Notes under the pieces: generated by a model
The model's database searches: none
What the model saw: only the letters and a program-made list of their open reading frames with translations
What the model was told of the DNA's origin: nothing
Program-made: the position numbers and the translations under genes
Shown: positions 56,433-64,000 of the stretch, one piece after another
How the letters are laid out: each line of letters opens with the position of its first letter
Numbering within the stretch: position 1 is the first letter of the stretch
Virus record (IMG/VR): IMGVR_UViG_3300042691_034458
Coordinates: 1 to 64,000 of that record
DNA from: an uncultured virus (IMG/VR IMGVR_UViG_3300042691_034458)
Taxonomy: Duplodnaviria > Heunggongvirae > Uroviricota > Caudoviricetes
Direction: 5' to 3' (one strand)
DNA length: 64,000 nt

Positions 56433-59167
56433 TGGCGCACGTAGAACAAAGAAATTTTTGCATTAAAGTAAAAGAAAAGTTTCCTGATTTTTTTAAAAAT
56501 AAAAAAGTCTTGGATATTGGTTCATTAGACATAAATGGTAGTAATCGAGATTTATTTGAGGATTGTGATTATATAGGATTAGACGTTGGTGAAGGTAGGA
56601 ATGTCGATGTGGTATCTGTTGGTCATTTATATGATGCTCCAGATAGTTTTTTCGATACGATTATTTCTACTGAAGTCTTTGAACACGATATGTTCTATGA
56701 GGAAACCGTTAAAAACATAATGAGAATGTTAAAACCCGGTGGCTTATTTGTATTTACCTGTGCCGCACCGGGAAGACCGGAGCATGGAACTAGACGATGT
56801 GGTGAAGAGTGCGCTCCATTATTGATACAAATTTCAGAAGAATGGGCTGACTATTATAAAAATTTAGATAGCCATGATTTTAAAATTATACCAAGTTTTA
56901 ATGAAACATTTCCCGATGGTTATTTTGAATTAAATAATTTATATCTAGAAATACCATCTGATTTGTATTTTTATGGTATAAAAGGTGGTGAGAAATATTA
57001 CATAAATAATATTGTTACAGAATACAATAAACCAGAATTTAATGAACATATTTTTGTTATTGATTCTTGGCCTGACGATGAAAAAAAAGAAAATGATTTA
57101 GTTAATTTAATTAAAAAATTAAAATCATTTAATATTCAAATTTTACTAGCCGGACATTATCCGATTAAAGAAGAAATACAAAAAATGGTGGATTATTATA
57201 TTTTTGATAAAAATAATCCATTATTACTTTCTAGTGAATTTAATTCGTTTGATGTTGGTAGTGGAAGATGGGCAGAAACTTCAGAATATAGAATAGATAT
57301 GTCAATGGTCTTTCATCATGATTATGCAATATGGGAAACAATGAGAACGGCATTTAATTTTTGTAAATTTTTAAATAAAAAATACATTCATTTCTTAGAA
57401 TATGATAATAATCCAAATGTTTTCCAATATAAACAATGTTTTATTGAACAAATAATTAATCATGATGCAATCATATACGAATATAGTTTAGATTCAGCAA
57501 AAAATTTAAATCCATATTGTGCCACTTTTATTTTTTCAATAAAAACAGATATCGCATTAAAATTAATTTCACAAATAAATTCAAAAACGGAATATTTTAC
57601 TAACAAACCTAAAGGTTGGCAGTTAGAGCGAGTTTTTTTAGAAAAATTAACTAATGTTACAAATAACATAAAACTTTCAGAATATATTGCAAATGAAAAT
57701 GAATTAAATACTCAAGCAGTTTGGAATAGAGATGGTATAGTTAAAAATGGTGCAATATTTCAATCCTACTTAGCTGTTGATTATAAAAATCATTTATATT
57801 TAGAACTAATATCTGGTTTTGATAGTAAAAAAGCTGATAAAGATTATATTATAGAGATTGAGTATCTTTCAACAAGAAAGTTTATAACATTAAAAAAAGA
57901 TAACATGATGATTGTTCCGTTAGGGGAATATCACGTTGGAGGTTATGTTAAATTATATTATGAGGGGGTTTTAATTTTTAATGAATTTCTATATAAATCA
58001 GCAAAAAAATTTAGAGAAGTGAGTTCAATTATTTTAAAAAATGAGTCACTACCTGAACCCAAAATTAATATTAATTTTATTGATGGGGCGTTTGTTGAAA
58101 TATTAGATGATATTGATTCTAAATATGATGTTGAATTTATAGATAAGCAAACAAATCGTGTAATTTTTGGAACAACAATAAAAAATAATTGTTGGGCTAA
58201 ATGTAATAAAAAATATTTTATTGATTGGAAAATCAAAATTAAATCACAATACGGTAAAGAATATACATATGACTTAGATTTAAAAAATCAAAATGTTTTG
58301 ATTTCATTTGAGTCTAAATCCTTAGGGGATACTTTAGCGTGGATGTCATATGTTGAGGCTTTCGGTATCAAACACGGATGTAATGTTATCTGCTCAACAT
58401 TCCACAATGATTTATTTGTAAACCAATATAAAAATATTAAATTCGTTAAACCGGGAAATACAGCTAGTAATATAATTGCTCTTTATAGATTAGGTGTTTT
58501 TTATAATGGAAATAATTTTAATGAGGAATATCATTTAATGGACCCAAAAAAGGAACCACTATTAAAAATAGCTTCCGACATATTGGGATTAGAATATAAA
58601 GAATTAAAACCAAGTCTTCCCGTTTTATCAATAAAAAAAGAAAAACGAGTTTGTATAGCAACACATTCAACCGCACAATGCAAGTATTGGAATAACCCAA
58701 CTGGTTGGCAAGAAGTTGTTGATTTCTTGATAGAAAATGGATATGAAGTTAGATTGTTGTCAATTGAAGAAGATGGATATATGGGTAATAAAAATCCTAT
58801 CGGTGTTACACAACAACCAAAAGGTGAAATAACAGATGTCCTTAAAACATTACAGGAATCGGAATTTTTTATTGGTATTAGTAGCGGACTAAGCTGGTTA
58901 GCTTGGGCATCTGGAATTAAAACAATACTAATATCCGGTTTTACTGATAAATATTTAGAACCATTAAATGATATTTATCGGGTAATAAATAAAGAAGTAT
59001 GTCATGGGTGTTGGCACACACATAAATTTGACGCTGGCGACTGGAATTGGTGTCCAATACACAAAGGAACATCTAGAGAATTTGAATGCTCTAAATCAAT
59101 AACCGCAGACCAAGTTATTAATTTAATTAAAAATGAAAATTTATGTTCAAATTGCGTCATATCGTGA
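56432..59167 (+). CDS. SAM methyltransferase + middle domain + Aah/TibC-like protein O-heptosyltransferase
   Basis: VLDIGSLDING..STEVFEH..LKPGG; INFIDGAFVEI...SKSLGDTLAW...FIGISSGLSWLAW...CHGCW..WNWCP.HKGT.REFECSKSIT. Confidence 0.85.
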   Translation: MAHVEQRNFCIKVKEKFPDFFKNKKVLDIGSLDINGSNRDLFEDCDYIGLDVGEGRNVDVVSVGHLYDAPDSFFDTIISTEVFEHDMFYEETVKNIMRMLKPGGLFVFTCAAPGRPEHGTRRCGEECAPLLIQISEEWADYYKNLDSHDFKIIPSFNETFPDGYFELNNLYLEIPSDLYFYGIKGGEKYYINNIVTEYNKPEFNEHIFVIDSWPDDEKKENDLVNLIKKLKSFNIQILLAGHYPIKEEIQKMVDYYIFDKNNPLLLSSEFNSFDVGSGRWAETSEYRIDMSMVFHHDYAIWETMRTAFNFCKFLNKKYIHFLEYDNNPNVFQYKQCFIEQIINHDAIIYEYSLDSAKNLNPYCATFIFSIKTDIALKLISQINSKTEYFTNKPKGWQLERVFLEKLTNVTNNIKLSEYIANENELNTQAVWNRDGIVKNGAIFQSYLAVDYKNHLYLELISGFDSKKADKDYIIEIEYLSTRKFITLKKDNMMIVPLGEYHVGGYVKLYYEGVLIFNEFLYKSAKKFREVSSIILKNESLPEPKININFIDGAFVEILDDIDSKYDVEFIDKQTNRVIFGTTIKNNCWAKCNKKYFIDWKIKIKSQYGKEYTYDLDLKNQNVLISFESKSLGDTLAWMSYVEAFGIKHGCNVICSTFHNDLFVNQYKNIKFVKPGNTASNIIALYRLGVFYNGNNFNEEYHLMDPKKEPLLKIASDILGLEYKELKPSLPVLSIKKEKRVCIATHSTAQCKYWNNPTGWQEVVDFLIENGYEVRLLSIEEDGYMGNKNPIGVTQQPKGEITDVLKTLQESEFFIGISSGLSWLAWASGIKTILISGFTDKYLEPLNDIYRVINKEVCHGCWHTHKFDAGDWNWCPIHKGTSREFECSKSITADQVINLIKNENLCSNCVIS

Positions 59168-60380
59168 CCCGCAATTAATTCCGACAATTAAAAATTTATT
59201 AGAAAATTCAAAAAATCCAGAAAATTTAAGGATTGGTATTGCTAGACAATATCATCCAGAAGATAAATTTGATGATTTGTCTGAGTATGATAACGATGAA
59301 CGATTTAGAATTTTAAATATTCCATATGAAGAATCTTTAGGTGTTTGTTGGGCTAGACATTTGATTCAACAACTTTATGATAATGAGGAATATACCCTTC
59401 AGATAGATTCTCACATGAGATTTGAAAAAGATTGGGATGAAACATTAATTAATATGCTTGAAGGATTAAAAAAAGATGGTTATAGAAAGCCACTATTAAC
59501 AGCATATGTACCATCATTTAATCCTGAAAATGACCCTAATGATAGAGTCAAGGTTCCTTGGCGGATGGTTTTTGATAAGTTTACACCAGAAGGTGTTGTA
59601 TTTTTTCTTCCTGAGGTTATCCAAAATTGGAAACAATTAGATAAACCAATTCCTGCTAGATTTTACTCTGCACATTTTTGTTTTACAATTGGACAATTTG
59701 CGTTAGAGGCGCAACATGACCCCGAATATTATTTTCATGGTGAAGAGATTTCTATCGCAGCAAGAGCATATACACATGGATATGATTTATTTCATCCGCA
59801 TAAGGTCATTCTTTGGCATGAATATACTAGAAAGGGTAGAACAAAGCATTGGGACGATATACAAAATTGGTCAGCTTTAAACAAAGAATCACACAGAAGA
59901 AATAGAGTATTATTTGGTATGGATAATGAAATTCAAAACATTGATTTTGGTAGATTTGGTTTTGGTAAATTAAGAACTTTAAGAGATTATGAAAAATATG
60001 TTGGTTTATTATTTGAAAAACGTGCTATACAGCAATACACGTTAGATAAAAAATATGCACCAAATCCATATACATTTAATGATGAAAATGAGTGGAAAAA
60101 TAGTTTTGCATCAAAGTTTAAATATGATATAAAAGTTCCAAAAATTAATTTACAAGAAAAAGATTATGAGTTTTTTGCTATTGCTTTTCACGACAAAAAA
60201 GATGAAACGTTATACAGAAAAGATGCAGACAAGATTGAAATTTTTAATTCTTTTAAGACAGTTGATGACTTTATAACAATTAGGAGAGAATTTAATAATG
60301 AACAAATTCCGGCGTATTGGGTTGTTTGGCCTTATAGTAAAACAAAAGGATGGTGCGATAGATTGGTAGGTGAAATTTAA
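59133..60380 (+). CDS. GT60-like (Skp1-type) polypeptide GlcNAc-transferase
   Basis: IYVQIASYRD, QIDSHMRF..WD, FHGEE..AR.YTHGYD.FHP and WHEY motifs. Confidence 0.85.
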   Translation: MKIYVQIASYRDPQLIPTIKNLLENSKNPENLRIGIARQYHPEDKFDDLSEYDNDERFRILNIPYEESLGVCWARHLIQQLYDNEEYTLQIDSHMRFEKDWDETLINMLEGLKKDGYRKPLLTAYVPSFNPENDPNDRVKVPWRMVFDKFTPEGVVFFLPEVIQNWKQLDKPIPARFYSAHFCFTIGQFALEAQHDPEYYFHGEEISIAARAYTHGYDLFHPHKVILWHEYTRKGRTKHWDDIQNWSALNKESHRRNRVLFGMDNEIQNIDFGRFGFGKLRTLRDYEKYVGLLFEKRAIQQYTLDKKYAPNPYTFNDENEWKNSFASKFKYDIKVPKINLQEKDYEFFAIAFHDKKDETLYRKDADKIEIFNSFKTVDDFITIRREFNNEQIPAYWVVWPYSKTKGWCDRLVGEI

Positions 60381-60412
60381 TTATTTGATATATTTATTAT
60401 TAAAAATAATAA

Positions 60413-60778
60413 ATGGAATTCTTTATTAAAAAAAACGCAACACTTCCTGTTTTAAAAATGCAAGTTTTAAATAATGGTAGGCATGAATATAAAACATTTA
60501 TGAATTTACTTGAAACTGCGACAATTTCATTTACAATGATTAATGAAGCTACTGGAATACCAAAAATAGCAAATGCTCCAGCATATATAACAGATAAAAT
60601 TTTTGAAAATCCTAATGCTGATAGGGAATATTATGTTTATTATCTTTTTTCACAGAAAGACACTAATAAGGTAGGACGTTATCAGGGTCAATTTGTACTA
60701 GCCTTGAATAACGGGACATTAATTTGTCCAATCAGAGAGGATTTATACATAAATATAACGGATAGTACAATTTCATAA
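60413..60778 (+). CDS. Putative baseplate/fibre-attachment protein (BppU N-terminal-like)
   Basis: F.IKKN.TLP.L...Y.F...DT...G.Y.G.F......P pattern; ATATTTAT at 60390-60397. Confidence 0.6.
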   Translation: MEFFIKKNATLPVLKMQVLNNGRHEYKTFMNLLETATISFTMINEATGIPKIANAPAYITDKIFENPNADREYYVYYLFSQKDTNKVGRYQGQFVLALNNGTLICPIREDLYINITDSTIS

Positions 60779-60780
60779 AA

Positions 60781-61281
60781 ATGAATTTTTTTATAAAAAA
60801 AAATGCAACACTACCATTTTTGGTATTAAAAATAATTAAAGGTGAGGTAGATGATTTCTATGAATATTTTGATTCATTATCTTCAACCACAATTAATTTC
60901 TCAATGAGAGATACTGAAACAAAAAAATTAAAAATAGTTAATGATTCATGTAACATAGAAAAAAATGAAAATGAAGAAAGAGATGAATATTTAATTTATT
61001 ATCAATTTAAAAATCACCATACCAAATTAATAGGTCGCTACGAAGCGGAATTTAATATTCAAGAAAATCAAAAAAAAATAGGTTTACCATTAAAAAATAA
61101 ACTCTATATTAATGTTGTTGATAGTTTTGCGGCAAATAATCTTTCATATAGTTCTACTACAGCAACAATAGTAAGTAATAATTGTTGTGTAACATCTATA
61201 ACACAAGAAACTTTCTTCTTATTAACAGAAGATAATATAATACTTGCAACTGAAGATGGTGAAAATATTCTATGGATATAA
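60781..61281 (+). CDS. Tandem paralog of 60413..60778 with fibre-type tail (LLTEDN..LATEDG)
   Basis: Shares FFIKKNATLP and GRY..LYIN..DS with the upstream gene. Confidence 0.65.
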   Translation: MNFFIKKNATLPFLVLKIIKGEVDDFYEYFDSLSSTTINFSMRDTETKKLKIVNDSCNIEKNENEERDEYLIYYQFKNHHTKLIGRYEAEFNIQENQKKIGLPLKNKLYINVVDSFAANNLSYSSTTATIVSNNCCVTSITQETFFLLTEDNIILATEDGENILWI

Positions 61282-61302
61282 TATTTATATTTAAAAAAGA
61301 TT

Positions 61303-62571
61303 ATGGCTAATAAAAAAATTAGTAACTTACCTGAGTATAACACACCACAACCAAATGATGTGTTACCAATTGTTAATGTTGCTAATAGCGTAACACAAAA
61401 AGTACTATTTTCAGCAATTAGTCAAACAATAACATCAGGATTAGTTGATGTTTTTGTGACTGGTGGTACTTATTCAGCTGGAACAGCAACATTTATAAAT
61501 AATACTGGCGGAACGTTTAGTGTTAGTGGCTTTACCGATAGTCAAGCAGGTTCCTCAGGAACATCAGGGACAAGTGGCTCATCTGGCTCTAGCGGAACAT
61601 CAGGGATAAGCGGCTCTTCAGGAAGTTCTGGAACATCTGGTACAAGTGGTTCATCAGGAAGTTCTGGTACAAGTGGTTCATCTGGTAGTTCAGGAACATC
61701 TGGAACAAGTGGTTCATCAGGAAGTTCTGGTACAAGTGGTTCGTCAGGTTCTTCAGGAACAAGTGGTTCATCTGGTAGTTCAGGAACATCTGGAACAAGT
61801 GGTTCATCAGGAAGTTCTGGTACAAGTGGTTCGTCAGGAAGTTCTGGTACAAGTGGTTCGTCAGGTTCTTCAGGAACAAGTGGTTCATCAGGAAGTTCTG
61901 GTTCTTCAGGTACAAGTGGAATAAATGGTTCTTCTGGAACATCAGGAACAAGTGGTTCATCTGGTAGTTCAGGAACATCTGGAACAAGTGGTTCATCAGG
62001 AAGTTCTGGTACAAGTGGTTCATCAGGAAATTCTGGTTCTTCAGGAACAAGTGGTTCATCTGGTAGTTCAGGAACATCAGGAACAAGTGGTTCATCAGGA
62101 AGTTCTGGCACAAGTGGTTCGTCAGGTTCTTCAGGAACAAGTGGTTCATCTGGTAGTTCAGGAACATCTGGAACAAGTGGTTCATCAGGAAGTTCTGGTA
62201 CAAGTGGTTCGTCAGGTTCTTCTGGTACAAGTGGTTCATCAGGAAGTTCTGGTTCTTCAGGTACAAGTGGAATAAATGGTTCTTCTGGAACATCTGGTAC
62301 AAGTGGTTCTTCAGGAAGTTCTGGTACAAGTGGTTCATCAGGTTCTAGCGGAACATCTGGCACAAGTGGTTCTTCAGGAAGTTCAAGTGTTACTAATTTT
62401 CCGGTAACTTTTAATAATTCTGGAAGTGGAAATGCATCTGGGGTTAATTTTGATGGTTCTGTTGCACGAACTGTTAGTTTTAATACAATAGGTGCAAATA
62501 AAGTAATAACCTCTGGTACCGCTGCTCCGACCGGAGGTAATGATGGAGACATCTATTTACAATTTACATAA
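61303..62571 (+). CDS. Putative fibre protein with Gly-Ser/Thr-Ser collagen-register repeat
   Basis: KISNLP....D.LPIV N-terminal fibre motif; 93 G-X-Y triplets; C-terminal SGTAAPTGGNDGDIYLQ; ATATTTAT at 61281-61288. Confidence 0.8.
   Translation: MANKKISNLPEYNTPQPNDVLPIVNVANSVTQKVLFSAISQTITSGLVDVFVTGGTYSAGTATFINNTGGTFSVSGFTDSQAGSSGTSGTSGSSGSSGTSGISGSSGSSGTSGTSGSSGSSGTSGSSGSSGTSGTSGSSGSSGTSGSSGSSGTSGSSGSSGTSGTSGSSGSSGTSGSSGSSGTSGSSGSSGTSGSSGSSGSSGTSGINGSSGTSGTSGSSGSSGTSGTSGSSGSSGTSGSSGNSGSSGTSGSSGSSGTSGTSGSSGSSGTSGSSGSSGTSGSSGSSGTSGTSGSSGSSGTSGSSGSSGTSGSSGSSGSSGTSGINGSSGTSGTSGSSGSSGTSGSSGSSGTSGTSGSSGSSSVTNFPVTFNNSGSGNASGVNFDGSVARTVSFNTIGANKVITSGTAAPTGGNDGDIYLQFT
61549..62385 (+). repeat. 9-nt-period GSS/GTS coding repeat with a 351-nt higher-order duplication
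   Basis: Gly at every third codon over 837 nt; the GIN variant recurs at 61918 and 62269. Confidence 0.95.
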
Positions 62572-62580
62572 TCGCTCAAT

Positions 62581-62760
62581 ATGATTAAAATAGAAAAAAA
62601 TACAGAAGTAGAATCAAACATAAACTACATAACTTGTGAAAGTGGGGAATTTAACGATACCGATTTAGTTAAGTGTAGACTTAAAACCAAACTTTCAGAA
62701 AACACCGTTATGTTTCTAGTATCACAAATAAAAAACACAACCAATGAAAGTAGCATTTGA
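62581..62760 (+). CDS. Small 59-aa protein not in the ORF track (MIKIEKNTEVES...)
   Basis: ATG 62581 to TGA 62760; fills the gap and overlaps the next start. Confidence 0.55.
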   Translation: MIKIEKNTEVESNINYITCESGEFNDTDLVKCRLKTKLSENTVMFLVSQIKNTTNESSI

Positions 62761-64000
62761 ACAGATATTTAATGGGTCGCTAGACCAAGTTGCAATAGGT
62801 GGTGCTTATGACGCAACAAAAATAAACAGAGGTAAGCATACAGGACAATTCAATCTTGGAGCAAACGCGATTGATAAATTCGTAGGTCCAGCACCTGTTG
62901 GTGTTGCTAACTTCGGTCAATCATCATTAGCTATACCCTCTCAGTTTGTTCATCCAGTCAAAATAACAGACGATTTATTTTGGATTTTTGGTGCGGATGT
63001 TGCTAGTGCAGGAGCTACACGTAGAGTCCAATTATGGACTTTTGTCCCTTCTACCAATACGTACACTTTTATAGGCGCAATTACTTGTACATTTCCTACC
63101 GCTACTGCTCATACAGTAAGAGGCATTCGTGTTATTCTTGAAAACTACACAACAGGTACAGTAGGTGTAAGCGGTACGGCAGTAACAGGTTCGGGAACCA
63201 CTTGGAATACAGACAGACTTTCTGTAGGTTCACGCATAGGGTTTGGTTCTACCAATCCTAATAATATTACACAGTGGTTTCAAATATCTGCTATTGGTTC
63301 TGATACAACAATCACGTTGACAACTTCAGCAGGAACAGTAGCATCAGGGACACCTTATGTCATTCAGGATTTAATGATTGTGCAAGCTACAACCAACGCA
63401 ACTGTTACTAATGGTGGATTGTTTGTGACAAAAGGGTTACAATATGGCGATTTCCAAAATCCAGCAATAGTCATTCCTGCTGCTACTACCGTTGATAGGA
63501 TAAAGGCGGTGTATTGGTTGAAAGATGCGGCCACTATAACGAATGACGTTATTGGTGGATGTGCCTTAGGAGATAGAGATAGTTGGACTCAACAATACAT
63601 CTATTCTACTGAAGGTGCATCAACTACATTAGCGATTTACCGATATAACATTAGAGCGGCTCTTACTCCAAGTGCGGGTGCATTTACACTTACTGGGACA
63701 GATATTGTTATTACGGGAAACCAAGCAGTAACGGGTAACATTTCTCAGTTTAACAATGGTAGAGTGGCTACATTGCAACACGGAGCGGGCAGTGGTGTTC
63801 CTTCTTTATACCTATTCACTACTACTCGTATTATTCGTGTTCCTATTTCAAACATAACAGCAGGTAACACTTCCTTTGTTGCAGATACTATGAGCGAAGT
63901 CGTTCCGGGCGGTACTGAAACAAATGTTGCTATTGGCACATTTGCTACATTTGATGTTGCTCAATCAATGGATAAACTTGTTATCGCTGGGGGGGCAGGC
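62744..64000 (+). CDS. 3'-truncated tail fibre/receptor-binding protein (at least 419 aa), not in the ORF track
   Basis: ATG 62744, open to the window end; TGTVGVSGTAVTGSGTTW fibre motif; Thr/Gly/Ala-rich and higher GC. Confidence 0.8.
   Translation, partial: MKVAFEQIFNGSLDQVAIGGAYDATKINRGKHTGQFNLGANAIDKFVGPAPVGVANFGQSSLAIPSQFVHPVKITDDLFWIFGADVASAGATRRVQLWTFVPSTNTYTFIGAITCTFPTATAHTVRGIRVILENYTTGTVGVSGTAVTGSGTTWNTDRLSVGSRIGFGSTNPNNITQWFQISAIGSDTTITLTTSAGTVASGTPYVIQDLMIVQATTNATVTNGGLFVTKGLQYGDFQNPAIVIPAATTVDRIKAVYWLKDAATITNDVIGGCALGDRDSWTQQYIYSTEGASTTLAIYRYNIRAALTPSAGAFTLTGTDIVITGNQAVTGNISQFNNGRVATLQHGAGSGVPSLYLFTTTRIIRVPISNITAGNTSFVADTMSEVVPGGTETNVAIGTFATFDVAQSMDKLVIAGGAG

Noticed and set aside
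61542..62552. Long minus-strand PEEP/PLVP ORF and other alternate-frame ORFs over the repeat
   Set aside because: Shadows of the stop-free GSS/GTS repeat.

Overview
AT-rich 64 kb segment of a large T4-like (myovirus-type, probably jumbo) phage, read with the standard genetic code. A Bacteroidota host is inferred from a perfect TTTG-N19-TATCTTTG promoter, A-rich starts without SD motifs, a DUF4494-like gene and a Gln+1 signal peptide. The window holds the head module (terminase large subunit, portal with an HNH intein, gp21-like protease, scaffold, gp23-like major capsid protein), a gp55-like late sigma factor, a baseplate spike, PhoH with a class 3 intein, dUTPase, an exonuclease, two glycosyl/methyltransferase clusters and the start of a fibre module. 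Main observations: (1) three paralogous 20-aa LRR modules with a near-constant DNA scaffold and three hypervariable codons per repeat. (2) A shared K-I-x-(L/I)-T-E-S-(Q/D)-L...(I/L)-x-E leader on many unrelated cargo proteins, a candidate capsid-targeting and protease-release tag, including polyproteins. (3) A glycosyltransferase split at GGT-TAG-GT inside a GC-rich structured RNA element, a candidate programmed bypass or frameshift. (4) An oriented ATATTTAT motif before 19 genes, a candidate late promoter. (5) Protein O-glycosyltransferase-like genes (Aah/TibC-like, GT60-like) beside a fibre with 93 Gly-Ser/Thr-Ser collagen-register triplets. All family assignments come from motif recognition by eye; no database searches were run.
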